From Alphaproteobacteria bacterium (lineage in GTDB: Bacteria > Pseudomonadota > Alphaproteobacteria > GM7ARS4 > G965262615): DNA of 64,000 nucleotides. Position 1 is the first letter of the stretch, and the number at the start of each line of letters is the position of its first letter. Positions 38,668-49,759 of the stretch are shown in pieces. Position numbers and translations under genes: made by a program. The notes below the pieces were generated by a model. The model saw only the letters and a list, made by a program, of their open reading frames with translations. It was not told the DNA's origin and did no database searches. The stretch covers positions 32,001-96,000 of the forward strand of contig OZ253545.1 in the NCBI GenBank assembly GCA_965262615.1, in the 5' to 3' direction.

Positions 38668-41643
38668 ATGAACGACTCCTCGCAATCGTGGCAGCACAGC
38701 CTCACCCAATGTCGCCAGATTTATCGTGATTTTCGTCAGAAAGCTCACATTGCCAATCATGTTCTGTTGCTGGCGCGGGTGATTGCCGAAGAATTGGAAC
38801 AAGACCGCCATCGCCTGGGTGACCTCAGCACATTGATTGATGGCATGACGGAGCAACAATTCAAACACCGTATTGAACAAATGCGCGCTCGCATCGGCGT
38901 TGTTGACTTTAATCAGAACGAAGAGCATTGGCGCGCTTTTTTGAGTTCTGCCATTGAGCATCATATGGCGGCTGGCGATTCTGCCTCGCAAGCCATTGAG
39001 CGTGTGTGTTCTCCTTTGTGGCTTCGTTTTGTTTTCACGGCTCATCCCACCTTTGCCCTCACACGAGACGGCATGGAATCAATCGTTCACAATCTGACTC
39101 AAAGCGACACTGATGCCTCTCTTGCCAGCTCATCTCAAGCCATTCGCGCCCATGCCCCCAGTTTGGATGATGAATATGAACTCGCGGCTCATGCCATCGC
39201 CACAGGACGGCGCGCCCTCAAGCGTTTCTTTGCCATCGCCTTTGAGGTGGTGGAGAAATATGAATCATTGAATGACCCCCCCAATTTCTCCATGGTGTCC
39301 CTTGCCAGCTGGGTGGGATACGACAGCGATGGCCGCTCCGACATCTCCTGGGCGGACAATTTTCACAAGCGATTGCTCTCCCGCATCGCCTATCTGGATG
39401 AACTCAGCCAAGACCTGCAATCCATCGCCACGGCATTGCCGGCAAGTCACGCATCTCTGGCACAACAGATGGAACACCTCAGCGACAATCTCACAAAAGA
39501 CAGCAAGGCAAGCAGCGATCTTTTGCCGGCATTCAAAAAATGGAGCGGACACAAAAACAACCCAAACCACACAGATGACATTGAATGGCTGAAAAAAGCA
39601 GGACAAGATTTGCATCGCGGCAAGCATCATGCCGCCAGCAAAGGCATGAGCATCACGCCGCGCGCCCTTGAAAAAACCTTGTGTGATTTTTATCGCACCT
39701 GCCACCAACAACTGCCCCATGATACCTTGCGCAGTCATTTGTGTGGTCGCTTGAGTGCCATCATCACACTGCTGCGCCATCACGGTGTGAGCACGGCGCG
39801 CGCTCATATGCGCATCAATGCCAGTCAAATTAACAATGCGCTGCGTCCCCTCATCAGTGACGATGCGCCCAGTGCGCCCGAAGTGCGTCATAAACAATTG
39901 CTCACCATTCTCAACAAACAACTGGACAAAGAGGAAGAAGTCGCCATCAATTTTGGCTCTCTGATTGCCGAACCCCTGTCGGCGAGACGCATGGTCATGA
40001 GCATGAAGAACATGATTGATTACACCGACAAACACACCCCCATTCGCTTTTTGATTGCGGAATGTGAATCTTCTCTCACTTTGCTGGGAGGTCTTTATTT
40101 TCTGCGTCTGTTTGGCATTGCCGACATGGTGGAGCTGTGTCCGTTGTTTGAGACTCCGCAATCCATGCGCACGGGACACCGCATCATTGAGGAGTTCTTA
40201 GATCATCCCCACGGACGAGCCTACATTGAACAACACGGTCGCCTCCATGTGCAAATCGGCTTTTCCGATTCCGCCCGCCAGATCGGACAAATCGCCTCGG
40301 TGCTTGCCATTGAAAATCTCCACATGCAAATCGCCCGCTTGCTCAAACGCAAAAAAATGTCTCATATCACCGTGCTGTTTTTTGACACCCACGGCGAAGC
40401 CGTCGGACGCGGCGGCTTTGCGGGAGGAATCGGCGAGAGACCTTTTTATCTTTGCTCCCCTTACGCGCGCGCCCTGTTTCATGATTTGCAACTGCGCCAC
40501 GAACAAGAAATGAGCTTTCAAGGAGGCGATGGCTATATGTGGTTCTTTGATGAAGCCCTTGCCTTTGCCAGTCTGGTGCGGGTGAGTGAGCATTATCTGC
40601 ATCATCACATGCAACTGCATCGCCCGCACGAAACAACGGCACGAGCCAGTGTGGGCGATCCTCTTTATGACGAGCCTGATTTTGCCATCAACCTCGCCGA
40701 TACCGTTCGTAACTTTAATCAAAATCTGATGCATGATGCCGGCTATGGGGATATTTTGTTGCTGTTTGGAGGCTCATTGTTGTTTGCGTCCGGCTCTCGT
40801 CCCTTGGCGCGCGCCGATGAACAGCGTCATTACACCAGCCGCCTCAAGCCACAAGACTGGCGAGCCATTCCGCAAAATGCCATCCTGCAGCAACTGGGTA
40901 TGGTGCCACACCTGCTGGGAGGAATCGGAGATTATCTTGATGCACACAGTGATGAAGCCGTGCAGATGTTGCAAAAAAGCGCGCGCTTTCGCCATATCAT
41001 GACCAATGTCTGGAATTGTGACCAATGGTGCGAATCATTGGTGCTGGAGAGCTACGCCGCTATGCGATCGCCGGCATTGTGGTCGGCTATGGCGCGCCAT
41101 AGCCATGATTCACTCCACAGCGACCACTTGCGAAAAACCGCTTCACTGCTGGAGAATCATCCAATCAGCGATGATGTCCTTAAAATCATCCGCCTCATCA
41201 CACGCAACTACGATGCCTTTCATTCGTGGTGTGAGAAAAATCAAAAGGCGATCGCGTCTCACACACAGAAGACGCGCCACGAAGAAAGTGAAGATGTCAT
41301 GATTCTGCACGCTCTGCGTATCGCCTTGTTGCAATACAGCTATGGTCAATTGCTCAATCTGCCTGACTTTAGCTATCAACAAGGATTTGGTCGCGCCGAT
41401 ATTGAGGATATGATCCTTCACATGAATGTGCCGCAAGCCTTAGAGATTTTGCGCAATGTCTTTCCGCGTGAGCCTTTTACCATTGAACAAGAAGATTTCG
41501 GCGCGCCCTCCAGTTATGCCAGCGATGCTCTCAAAGGCTATCGCCATGAGCATCAAGAAATTTTTGAGCCACTGGAGCAATCCTATGGGTTGATTCGCCG
41601 CATATCCATGGCACTGATGCATCATATCGGCGCAGTGGGATGA
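38668..41643 (+). CDS. ppc: Phosphoenolpyruvate carboxylase (divergent)
   Basis: VFTAHPT, SWVGYDSDGR, PLFET, GFSDS, HGEAVGRGG, QGGDG and RAIP. The start is uncertain (38647-38668). Confidence 0.88.
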   Translation: MNDSSQSWQHSLTQCRQIYRDFRQKAHIANHVLLLARVIAEELEQDRHRLGDLSTLIDGMTEQQFKHRIEQMRARIGVVDFNQNEEHWRAFLSSAIEHHMAAGDSASQAIERVCSPLWLRFVFTAHPTFALTRDGMESIVHNLTQSDTDASLASSSQAIRAHAPSLDDEYELAAHAIATGRRALKRFFAIAFEVVEKYESLNDPPNFSMVSLASWVGYDSDGRSDISWADNFHKRLLSRIAYLDELSQDLQSIATALPASHASLAQQMEHLSDNLTKDSKASSDLLPAFKKWSGHKNNPNHTDDIEWLKKAGQDLHRGKHHAASKGMSITPRALEKTLCDFYRTCHQQLPHDTLRSHLCGRLSAIITLLRHHGVSTARAHMRINASQINNALRPLISDDAPSAPEVRHKQLLTILNKQLDKEEEVAINFGSLIAEPLSARRMVMSMKNMIDYTDKHTPIRFLIAECESSLTLLGGLYFLRLFGIADMVELCPLFETPQSMRTGHRIIEEFLDHPHGRAYIEQHGRLHVQIGFSDSARQIGQIASVLAIENLHMQIARLLKRKKMSHITVLFFDTHGEAVGRGGFAGGIGERPFYLCSPYARALFHDLQLRHEQEMSFQGGDGYMWFFDEALAFASLVRVSEHYLHHHMQLHRPHETTARASVGDPLYDEPDFAINLADTVRNFNQNLMHDAGYGDILLLFGGSLLFASGSRPLARADEQRHYTSRLKPQDWRAIPQNAILQQLGMVPHLLGGIGDYLDAHSDEAVQMLQKSARFRHIMTNVWNCDQWCESLVLESYAAMRSPALWSAMARHSHDSLHSDHLRKTASLLENHPISDDVLKIIRLITRNYDAFHSWCEKNQKAIASHTQKTRHEESEDVMILHALRIALLQYSYGQLLNLPDFSYQQGFGRADIEDMILHMNVPQALEILRNVFPREPFTIEQEDFGAPSSYASDALKGYRHEHQEIFEPLEQSYGLIRRISMALMHHIGAVG

Positions 41644-41647
41644 AAAG

Positions 41648-42472
41648 ATGAGGCAAGTCTTTTTTTTGTTGCTTTTGCTATCGGTATCTCAGAACGGTAC
41701 GGCAAAAAGTTTCAGCCAAGCTCATACCGCTTTTCAGCGCGGTGATTATGCCATTGCCCTGGATATGTTTCGTCATTTGGCTGGGCAAGGCGATGGACGC
41801 GCACCTTTGTATCTGGCGCGCCTCTACGAGATGAATAGCGTCACCATTCCTCGCAATTGGAAGAAAGTTTTTGAGTGGTATCATGAAGCGGCAACGGTGT
41901 ATGAATCGGCGGAGAGCATGTATCATTTGGCGCGCTTGTTTGAAGAAGGCAACGGCACGACCAGAGATATGCAAAAAGCCTTCTTTTGGTACGACCAAGC
42001 CGCTCACAAAAATGATGCCCTCGCTCAAGATAAGGTGGCACACATGTATCTGTACGGCATTGGTGTGCCGCAAGATGAGACCAAAGCCTTTTTTTGGCAA
42101 ACCCAAGCGGCACAACAGGGCTTGCCGCGCGCTTTTTTTCATCTGGCGCATTTTTACAAACACGGCGTTGCGACTCCTCAAGACATCAAAGAAAGCCATC
42201 GCCTCCGTGAAAAAGCCGCCCGCTTGGGACATAGCGAGGCTCAGTTTCAAATCGCCATGCTCTTTGTGGACGGAAGAGACCGTCCTCATGATTTGCGTCA
42301 AGCGTATCAGTGGATGTATCTGTCGGCACAAGGTGGCTATGATGCCGCCAGAGATGCCGAACAATGGCTGCGCCGCCGTCTTGCCGTCACGGACATCCCC
42401 ACTTTGCAAGCCAATGCCAATCGCCTTGCCGATTTGACACCCCCCTCATTTCATCTCATCACCGCCTATTAG
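41648..42472 (+). CDS. Secreted Sel1-like repeat protein
   Basis: Signal peptide plus about five SLR repeats (AMYxLA..Y..G.G...D..KAFFWY..AA pattern). Confidence 0.9.
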   Translation: MRQVFFLLLLLSVSQNGTAKSFSQAHTAFQRGDYAIALDMFRHLAGQGDGRAPLYLARLYEMNSVTIPRNWKKVFEWYHEAATVYESAESMYHLARLFEEGNGTTRDMQKAFFWYDQAAHKNDALAQDKVAHMYLYGIGVPQDETKAFFWQTQAAQQGLPRAFFHLAHFYKHGVATPQDIKESHRLREKAARLGHSEAQFQIAMLFVDGRDRPHDLRQAYQWMYLSAQGGYDAARDAEQWLRRRLAVTDIPTLQANANRLADLTPPSFHLITAY

Positions 42473-43852
42473 GACGCTCGGATTCATTCTATTGTCGGGA
42501 TCAAGAGCATCTTTGAGCTGACGCAATAACGCCAGTGTCACCGCATCCTTTTGGCGCGCCAGTAAGCTGCGCTTTCGGCGTCCAATGCCATGCTCGCCAC
42601 TGATGCTGCCGCCCATCGCCATCGCTTGTTCATAAATCACATCACTGATGGTATCACGCGCCGCACGGCTGATGTCAGACGGACACTGCACATTGTAATG
42701 CAGACTGCCATCGGCAAAATGACCAAAGGTGATGCAGCGCACCCGCTCATCCACCGCCAACACCTTTGGTTCTGTTTGGGCGAGAAAGTCACACAAGCGA
42801 TGGAGCGGCAGGGCGATATCATGTTTGAGACTGATGCCTCTCGCGCGTGTTTGTGCCTCACTCATACAATCGCGCACATGGTGAAAATGGCGACGCATGG
42901 CATCATCGCTGGCATGAACAAAATCCTCAACAATCCCCTCGTTTTGCATCTGCCCGAGCCATTGCGCCAGCAAAGATGTGGTCGTTTTGCCAAGTGTGGG
43001 GGTGGTCAATGCCAGCAGAGCGTAACACTCATAATCTTGTTTGAAAGGCGACATCTCCTTGACCAATTGCATGGCGTTGTGACTGATGTATTCAAACAGC
43101 GACACCATGGATGCGCCATCTCGGCGCGCCGCCTGCCACAACTTCATGAGATGAGACGCATCGGCAACGGCGACAAAAGCAACATCGTCATCCAACCGAT
43201 GAGCAACCAAGCGAAAAGTCACCGATGCAATGACCCCCAGCGTGCCCTCCGAGCCAATGAACAATTGCTTGAGGTCATAGCCCGTGTTGTCTTTGAATAA
43301 TTGGGATTGCCCATTCCAGTCGCGTCCATTGGGCAAAATGACGGACAGTCCCACGATGTTCTGGCGCGCCATGCCATAGCGCACCACATGCTGTCCGCCG
43401 GCATTGGTGGCAGCCATGCCGCCCGCCGTGGCATGAGGGGCGGCGATGGCAATGGGAAATGAGTATCCATGAGCGGCGGCAACTTCGTGCATGTGAGCCA
43501 AAGTCACCCCCGCATCCACCGTGATGGTGCAGGTGTCATGATTAACCTCACACACGCGATTCAGCCGACACAACGACAATAAAATAGCGGGGTCATCGCC
43601 ATGAGGCACAGAGCCGCCCACCAAGCCACTGTTGCCTCCTTGCGGCACGATTGACCATCCATGCTGCGCGCTGTGGGTCATCAATTGCTGCAATTGGTTG
43701 TGAGTGGCGGGCATCACAATCGCGAGCGTTGTTCCGTGTAGCGATGCGCGTGCATCGGTGAGCATTAAGCGCGCGTTTTCACTGTCTGGTTCAATAATTC
43801 CGTCATCGCCCACAATGGCGCGCAGCTGGTCATGAAAAGAACGCGTCATCAT
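42446..43852 (-). CDS. FAD-binding oxidoreductase (D-2-hydroxyacid dehydrogenase, GlcD-like family)
   Basis: VPQGGNSGLVGG, ATNAGG, KDNTGYDLKQLFIGSEGTLG, FGHFADGSLHYN and SISGEHGIG. Confidence 0.9.
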   Translation of the reverse strand: MMTRSFHDQLRAIVGDDGIIEPDSENARLMLTDARASLHGTTLAIVMPATHNQLQQLMTHSAQHGWSIVPQGGNSGLVGGSVPHGDDPAILLSLCRLNRVCEVNHDTCTITVDAGVTLAHMHEVAAAHGYSFPIAIAAPHATAGGMAATNAGGQHVVRYGMARQNIVGLSVILPNGRDWNGQSQLFKDNTGYDLKQLFIGSEGTLGVIASVTFRLVAHRLDDDVAFVAVADASHLMKLWQAARRDGASMVSLFEYISHNAMQLVKEMSPFKQDYECYALLALTTPTLGKTTTSLLAQWLGQMQNEGIVEDFVHASDDAMRRHFHHVRDCMSEAQTRARGISLKHDIALPLHRLCDFLAQTEPKVLAVDERVRCITFGHFADGSLHYNVQCPSDISRAARDTISDVIYEQAMAMGGSISGEHGIGRRKRSLLARQKDAVTLALLRQLKDALDPDNRMNPSVLIGGDEMK

Positions 43853-44805
43853 TGTTGCACGGCGCGCCGCAGGCGGTCATTAATCACACGCCCCCATCCC
43901 TCATTGGGAATGGGCGCAACGGCAATGTGACCGTGCTCATCCAAAATTCTCAGCATTTCATACAGATTGCGCGCCGCCTCCATCAAGTCGGCTTTTGTGC
44001 TCAAGTTCATCTCACACCGACCGCCACGCATGATGGATGAACCGATTGAGAGCCCCGCCTCATGAGGCAAACACGATGGAGCATTCAAACGCAGCGATGA
44101 AGACGGTGCATAGTGGCGTCCCAATAGCCCCGCACTGGCATGAGACGACATCCGCTGGTCTTCATAACAACGAATCGTGCCAAAATACGAACGCAATTGG
44201 TCATCGCTCACCGCACCCATGCGCAAACGCAGCGGCACATCATCACACAGGCTGCAGATGGTGGATTCAATGCCCCACTTTGTGAGATGTGCGTCATCGT
44301 CAATGATGGCATCAATGCGTCCATCCAGTTGTTGCAACACGGCGGAGGCGGATGTGGCGGACAATCTGCCACTCATATTGGCACTGGGTGCGGCAAGAGG
44401 CACGCCCGCCTTTTCAATAAGCATGCGCGCCCCCCCATGGTGAGGCACACGCAAGGCAATGGTCTGTTGTCCCGCCACCGCCACCGAACACACGCCCTGC
44501 CGCAAAGGCACAACAAATGTGACCGATGACGCTTTTGCCCAAAAATGCTGCAGTGCAAGTTTTCGCTGTTCATTGATGACTCCATAGCGAACGGCATCAT
44601 GCCATGAGGCAATGTGAATGATGAGGGGATTGCGCGAGTCTCTGCCCTTCACCCGATAAATGGCACGAACTGCTTCCTCGTTATTGGCATCCGCCGCCAA
44701 GCCATAGACCGTCTCGGTGGGAAACGCCACCAATCCGCCTTTTTGAATGATGGCAGCCGCGCGCTGCAAATCCGCTTCACTGCCACTGAGCCGCTGGGTT
44801 TTCAT
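43849..44805 (-). CDS. tsaC: L-threonylcarbamoyladenylate synthase (Sua5 type)
   Basis: VAFPTETVYGLAADA, KGRDSRNPLI, AAPSANMSG, GIEST, HYAP and the SUA5 C-terminal domain. Confidence 0.95.
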   Translation of the reverse strand: MKTQRLSGSEADLQRAAAIIQKGGLVAFPTETVYGLAADANNEEAVRAIYRVKGRDSRNPLIIHIASWHDAVRYGVINEQRKLALQHFWAKASSVTFVVPLRQGVCSVAVAGQQTIALRVPHHGGARMLIEKAGVPLAAPSANMSGRLSATSASAVLQQLDGRIDAIIDDDAHLTKWGIESTICSLCDDVPLRLRMGAVSDDQLRSYFGTIRCYEDQRMSSHASAGLLGRHYAPSSSLRLNAPSCLPHEAGLSIGSSIMRGGRCEMNLSTKADLMEAARNLYEMLRILDEHGHIAVAPIPNEGWGRVINDRLRRAVQQ

Positions 44806-45602
44806 GATGTGAGTGCGCCGCGCGCCACAAAAGCCTCATTGCGATAGCCATCTTTGCCATAGACAAGAGGCGCGCCGTTCATGTCGGACACCATGCCGCT
44901 CGCGGCGCGCACGATGGCATCGCCTGCGGCGGTGTCCCATTCCATCGTTGGCGTGAGGCGAGGATAGAGATCCACCACCCCTTCGGCGACCCAGCCAAAC
45001 TTCAAAGAACTGCCGATGGAACGCCGATGACAAACACTGTATTGAGTCAAATAATTCTGCAGTGATGCGTCATCCTTTTGCCAATGACTCACGGCGACGG
45101 TCAAGCCTTCAGACGGCGGCTCGCGAGTGGTGATGGCGGAAAACTTCTGCCAACCCCGACTGACAAAAGCTCCCACACCCATCTTGCCAGCATAACACAG
45201 TCCTCCCTCAAAAAGAGGCGCGATCACCACGCCCATAACGGGAGAATCCTTTTCAATGAGTGCAATGTTCACCGTGAAGCAATTGTCCCCTTTGATAAAA
45301 TCGCGCGTGCCATCAATGGGATCAACCAACCAAAAAGTATGAGGAGTCTTGCGGTGCGCCGTATGCTCTTCACCAATAACGGGATATGAAGACACGCCGC
45401 GCAGCTGGTCATCAATCAGTTGTTGCGCGGCGGTATCGGCATCGGTGACGGGAGAGCCATCCTCTTTGTGCTGCACCTGCACCCCTTTGTCTCGCATGGC
45501 AACCACCAACCGAGCCGCTTCACAAGCAATGGAGGTGATGGCGCGCAAGTCGTCATCAGGCAAAGAAGATGAAACATCCAATACCATGTGTATCGCCATC
45601 AC
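44802..45602 (-). CDS. cysQ: 3'(2'),5'-bisphosphate nucleotidase CysQ
   Basis: KEDGSPVTDAD, WLVDPIDGTRDF, GSSLKF, YPR and EWDTAAG. Confidence 0.93.
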   Translation of the reverse strand: MMAIHMVLDVSSSLPDDDLRAITSIACEAARLVVAMRDKGVQVQHKEDGSPVTDADTAAQQLIDDQLRGVSSYPVIGEEHTAHRKTPHTFWLVDPIDGTRDFIKGDNCFTVNIALIEKDSPVMGVVIAPLFEGGLCYAGKMGVGAFVSRGWQKFSAITTREPPSEGLTVAVSHWQKDDASLQNYLTQYSVCHRRSIGSSLKFGWVAEGVVDLYPRLTPTMEWDTAAGDAIVRAASGMVSDMNGAPLVYGKDGYRNEAFVARGALTS

Positions 45603-45679
45603 CGTCAGTCATCATTCCACACACCGTGTCATAAAACAAAAGCGGTGTCAGGGCAAGGATGGCTTTTAGTTTCTGGCTT

Positions 45680-46018
45680 TTAGTTTCTGGCAAAAATATC
45701 AGACATGTGCTTGATATAATCACTCACGATGAGCATTCCTTTGGTGGTGAGGGTGACGATTTTGCGTCTGTGGTCACCATCATCGTGACTTCTTTGAACC
45801 CATCCGTGCTTTTCTAAAAAATCAATATAACGCAGTGCCGTGGTGGTGGTGACACACGAACCGTAACACAATGATGTCACCGCCATGCCATCATTTTTAT
45901 GCTCCATGAGATCCATCAGCATCAGCAACATGGCATCTTTATTGGTCGCCGTCTTGGGAAACAACGATGAATTCAAGAGCAACATCTCGTGAATTTGTTT
46001 GACACTCACACGATTCAT
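45680..46018 (-). CDS. Small MarR-like winged-helix DNA-binding protein
   Basis: VTSLC..S.VTTTTALRYIDFLEKHGWVQR..D..DHRRKIVTLTTKG. Confidence 0.8.
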   Translation of the reverse strand: MNRVSVKQIHEMLLLNSSLFPKTATNKDAMLLMLMDLMEHKNDGMAVTSLCYGSCVTTTTALRYIDFLEKHGWVQRSHDDGDHRRKIVTLTTKGMLIVSDYIKHMSDIFARN

Positions 46019-46197
46019 AGTATGGTTATAGCAAAAAAACAATACAACTTCAAGTTGTATTTCCAGCGACAGGCACGGCTCATCAGCAGATGGTGTTCAT
46101 CCGCCAATGAGCCAATGCAAGACAGAACAACAATCATTAATGTCCTGTTGGCTATGGTAGTGTCACATTGCTCATAAATGTTGCATAATGGGGGGCA

Positions 46198-46821
46198 ATG
46201 TCGGTGTGGGTGAAAATTTGCGGTGTGAATGAGTACCATTCCAGCCTTGATGGCACGGATGCGGTTGGCTTTATGTTTTATCCTCGCTCGCCTCGTTTTG
46301 TCACAGCCGATGCTGCCGCCGCCATTGCATCCAGATTGCCGCGCACTGTGCACCGCATCGGCGTGTTTGTGGATTCCGCCGATGATGTGCTGGAGCACAT
46401 CCTCTCCCATCTGTCGTTGGATGGCATTCAACTGCATGGCTATGAGGATGAGGAGCGTATTTGTCATGTCAAGAAGCGGTTTGGTCTTCCCGTCACCAAA
46501 GCGGTGCGGGTGAGCAGCAGTGAGGTCATTGGTCAGGCACAGCGCGCTTATCCATCGGCGGACATGCTATTGTTGGATTCGCGCGGCGCATCGCGGCAAA
46601 GCCAAGAAGACGGCGTAAAATTTAACTGGCGTTGGCTCAAGGAACATGAAATAAACCACCCTTGGTGTTTGGCGGGCGGCATCACGCCTGCCAATCTTGA
46701 ACAAGCGGTGCGAGAATCGGGAGCAACGCGCATTGATGTCGCCTCTGGAGTGGAATCATCGGCAGGAGTCAAGGATGCAAACCTTGTGAATTCACTGTTG
46801 CACATTGCCCATCGCTTGTGA
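46198..46821 (+). CDS. trpF: Phosphoribosylanthranilate isomerase
   Basis: VKICG, GFMFYPRSPRFV, QLHGYE, LAGGITPAN and IDVASGVES. Confidence 0.95.
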   Translation: MSVWVKICGVNEYHSSLDGTDAVGFMFYPRSPRFVTADAAAAIASRLPRTVHRIGVFVDSADDVLEHILSHLSLDGIQLHGYEDEERICHVKKRFGLPVTKAVRVSSSEVIGQAQRAYPSADMLLLDSRGASRQSQEDGVKFNWRWLKEHEINHPWCLAGGITPANLEQAVRESGATRIDVASGVESSAGVKDANLVNSLLHIAHRL

Positions 46822-46851
46822 AAAGCCCATGTCTATGTCATAATTAACGCC

Positions 46852-48099
46852 ATGCTGCATCACACCACCACACCTCACCCATTGAAAAAAAATGATGTCT
46901 GTCCCGATGAGCGCGGTCATTTTGGCATCTATGGCGGACGCTATGTCGCCGAGACCCTCATGCCTCTGTTGCTGGAGTTGGAACGACAATGGCACAAAGC
47001 CAGCAGTGATGATGACTTTGCTCAGCAGTTCAACCATCATGCCGCCACCTTTATCGGACGCCCCACGCCCCTCTATGAAGCCACTCGTCTGGCGGCTCAT
47101 ATCAAGGAACAGGCGGGCATTGATTTGACCATTGTCTTCAAGCGGGAGGATCTCAATCATACGGGGGCGCATAAAATCAATAATTGCTTGGGGCAAATTC
47201 TGCTGGCACAACGCATGGGCAAAAAACGCATCATTGCCGAGACGGGGGCCGGACAACACGGAGTCGCCACCGCCACCGTCTGTGCCCGCTTTGGACTGCC
47301 GTGCTGCATCTACATGGGGGAGACCGATATCAAACGCCAAGAGCCCAATGTCTTTCGCATGAAACTGATGGGAGCCGAGGTGCGAGCGGTGACATCAGGC
47401 ACGCGCACCCTCAAGGATGCTCTCAATGAGGCACTGCGCGACTGGGTCGCCAATGTGGAGGACACATTTTATATCATCGGCACGGTGGCGGGACCTCATC
47501 CCTATCCCCTCATGGTGCGCCAGCTGCAATCGGTCATTGGCACAGAGGCGCGGGCGCAGTGTTTGGAACGATACGGACGCATCCCTCATGGCATTGTTGC
47601 CTGTGTGGGTGGCGGCTCTAATGCCATCGGTATCTTTCACGCCTTTCGCGATGATGACTGCCAATTGATTGGTGTGGAGGCAGGGGGGCGCGCCCTCACC
47701 CAAGGCGACCACGCCGCCAGCATCAATGGCGGCGCGCCAGGAATTTTGCACGGCAATCGCACCTATCTGCTGCAAAACCAAAGCGGACAAGTGAGCGATG
47801 CCCATTCCGTTGCCGCAGGATTGGATTACCCCGGCGTTGGACCCGAACACGCCCTGCTCTACGATACGGGGCGCGCGTCCTATGTCACCGTCAATGATGA
47901 GCGCGCATTGCATGCCTTTCATCTTGTGAGCCGTCTGGAAGGCATCATTCCTGCTCTGGAGACCAGTCACGCACTGGCGCATCTGATTGACAATCCTCAT
48001 GAGTTCAATGACGGCGATCTCATCATGCTCAATCTCAGTGGCAGAGGCGACAAAGATGCCGCCACCGTCTCAAATCTGATGCAAGATGCCGCCTCATGA
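46852..48099 (+). CDS. trpB: Tryptophan synthase beta chain
   Basis: [43 protein letters not shown] and NLSGRGDKD. Confidence 0.98.
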   Translation: MLHHTTTPHPLKKNDVCPDERGHFGIYGGRYVAETLMPLLLELERQWHKASSDDDFAQQFNHHAATFIGRPTPLYEATRLAAHIKEQAGIDLTIVFKREDLNHTGAHKINNCLGQILLAQRMGKKRIIAETGAGQHGVATATVCARFGLPCCIYMGETDIKRQEPNVFRMKLMGAEVRAVTSGTRTLKDALNEALRDWVANVEDTFYIIGTVAGPHPYPLMVRQLQSVIGTEARAQCLERYGRIPHGIVACVGGGSNAIGIFHAFRDDDCQLIGVEAGGRALTQGDHAASINGGAPGILHGNRTYLLQNQSGQVSDAHSVAAGLDYPGVGPEHALLYDTGRASYVTVNDERALHAFHLVSRLEGIIPALETSHALAHLIDNPHEFNDGDLIMLNLSGRGDKDAATVSNLMQDAAS

Positions 48100-48902
48100 A
48101 CACCCGCCTTGCCAATTGCTTTGCCGCGCTCAAGCAACAAAACAAAAGCGCGTTTATTCCGTTTCTGACGGCGGGCTATCCTGATGACCAAACCTCTCTT
48201 GCTCTGCTGGAGGGCTTAGTCCAAGCCGATGCCGACATCGTGGAGTGGGGCATTCCCTTCAGCGACCCCGCCGCCGATGGCCCCGCCATCCAAGTCGCCA
48301 ATGAACACGCCATCGGCAACGGCACTTCCATCACCTCCATTCTCGCCAATGTCAAACAATTTCGTGGCAAAAATCAAACCACACCTCTCATTCTCATGGG
48401 ATATGCCAATCCTCTGCACCATTATGGCATGGCGCGATTTGCTCAAGACGCTCATGATGTCGGCGTGGATGGCATCATTGTGGTGGATATTCCCATGGAA
48501 GAAGATGAAGACACCGAGCCCTTGCGTCAGCAGCTGGATGTGATTCGCCTCATCGCCCCCACCAGTGGCGAGGCGCGCATCAAAGAAATGATGGCAAAAG
48601 CATCTGGATTTGTCTATTATATCAGTGTGGCTGCCACCACCGGCACAAAAGACATTGCCCTTTCATCTCTGCCTCACCATATTGCCATGATGAGACAACA
48701 CACCTCCCTGCCCATCGCCGTTGGTTTTGGCATCACGCAAACTGACCAAGCCCGTGCTGTGGCGCGCCATGCCGATGGCGTGGTGGTGGGCTCACTCTTT
48801 TTGAACACCATCCATCAGGCTTGCCAAAACGGCGATGACCCTCTGCCGTCCCTCATCACCACCGCCACCGATATGGCACACGCCATTCATCATGCGTCAT
48901 GA
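48096..48902 (+). CDS. trpA: Tryptophan synthase alpha chain
   Basis: [25 protein letters not shown] and ADGVVVGS. Confidence 0.97.
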   Translation: MNTRLANCFAALKQQNKSAFIPFLTAGYPDDQTSLALLEGLVQADADIVEWGIPFSDPAADGPAIQVANEHAIGNGTSITSILANVKQFRGKNQTTPLILMGYANPLHHYGMARFAQDAHDVGVDGIIVVDIPMEEDEDTEPLRQQLDVIRLIAPTSGEARIKEMMAKASGFVYYISVAATTGTKDIALSSLPHHIAMMRQHTSLPIAVGFGITQTDQARAVARHADGVVVGSLFLNTIHQACQNGDDPLPSLITTATDMAHAIHHAS

Positions 48903-49759
48903 ACTGGCTGCGTTCACTGTCACTGCCCAAAATCGGCACATCTCGCCCCAATAAGCGGGATGTGCCTGACCATATGTGGGTCAATTGTCCCGAATGTGGT
49001 CATGTGTTGTTTCGCCGCGATTTGGAAGACAACCATCATATTTGCAGCCAGTGTGACCATCACATGCGGATGCCCATCGCCGATCGCTTTGCTTTATTGC
49101 TGGACAGCAAGGGCAAAAACATTGCCATGCCGCAAGTCAAAGAAGACCCCCTCGCCTTCAAAGATTCCAAACGCTACAAAGATCGCCTCAGAGATGCCCG
49201 CCATAAAACCAACGAAGACGATGCCATTCTCAGCCGCTCTGGCACGGTCAATGGCAATGGCGTGGTGATGAGTGTCATGAATTTTGCCTTCATGGGAGGC
49301 TCTATGGGACAAGCGGTGGGGGAGGGCATCGTCACCGCCTGTGAGGAAGCACTCAAGAGGCAGTGTCCGTTTGTCATGGTGGCATCATCGGGAGGGGCGC
49401 GTATGCAAGAGGGCATGCTGTCATTGATGCAAATGCCCCGCAGCATCATTGCCATCAAAAATCTGAAACAGGCGCGCCTGCCGGTCATCATGATTCTTGC
49501 CGACCCCACCACAGGCGGCGTTTCTGCCAGTTTTGCCATGCTGGGCGATATCGCCATTGCCGAGAAAGGCGCGATCATTGGCTTTGCCGGCGCACGCGTC
49601 ATTCAAGAGACCATTCGCACACCCATCCCTGAAGGATTTCAAAAAGCCGAATCCCTGAAAGACCATGGCATGGTGGATATGGTGGTGAGTCGCCATGACC
49701 TCAAAGAGCAACTGGGGCGCGTGCTCTCGCTGCTCACGCAAAAACACATCGCCTCATGA
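48899..49759 (+). CDS. accD: Acetyl-CoA carboxylase carboxyltransferase beta subunit
   Basis: Zinc finger CPEC...CSQC, FMGGSMG, SGGARMQEG, PTTGGVSASF and GFAGARVI. Confidence 0.97.
   Translation: MNWLRSLSLPKIGTSRPNKRDVPDHMWVNCPECGHVLFRRDLEDNHHICSQCDHHMRMPIADRFALLLDSKGKNIAMPQVKEDPLAFKDSKRYKDRLRDARHKTNEDDAILSRSGTVNGNGVVMSVMNFAFMGGSMGQAVGEGIVTACEEALKRQCPFVMVASSGGARMQEGMLSLMQMPRSIIAIKNLKQARLPVIMILADPTTGGVSASFAMLGDIAIAEKGAIIGFAGARVIQETIRTPIPEGFQKAESLKDHGMVDMVVSRHDLKEQLGRVLSLLTQKHIAS

Noticed and set aside
41648-42472. Sel1-repeat protein as a symbiosis effector
   Set aside because: Single secreted SLR proteins are common in Alphaproteobacteria, and nothing here links it to a secretion system.
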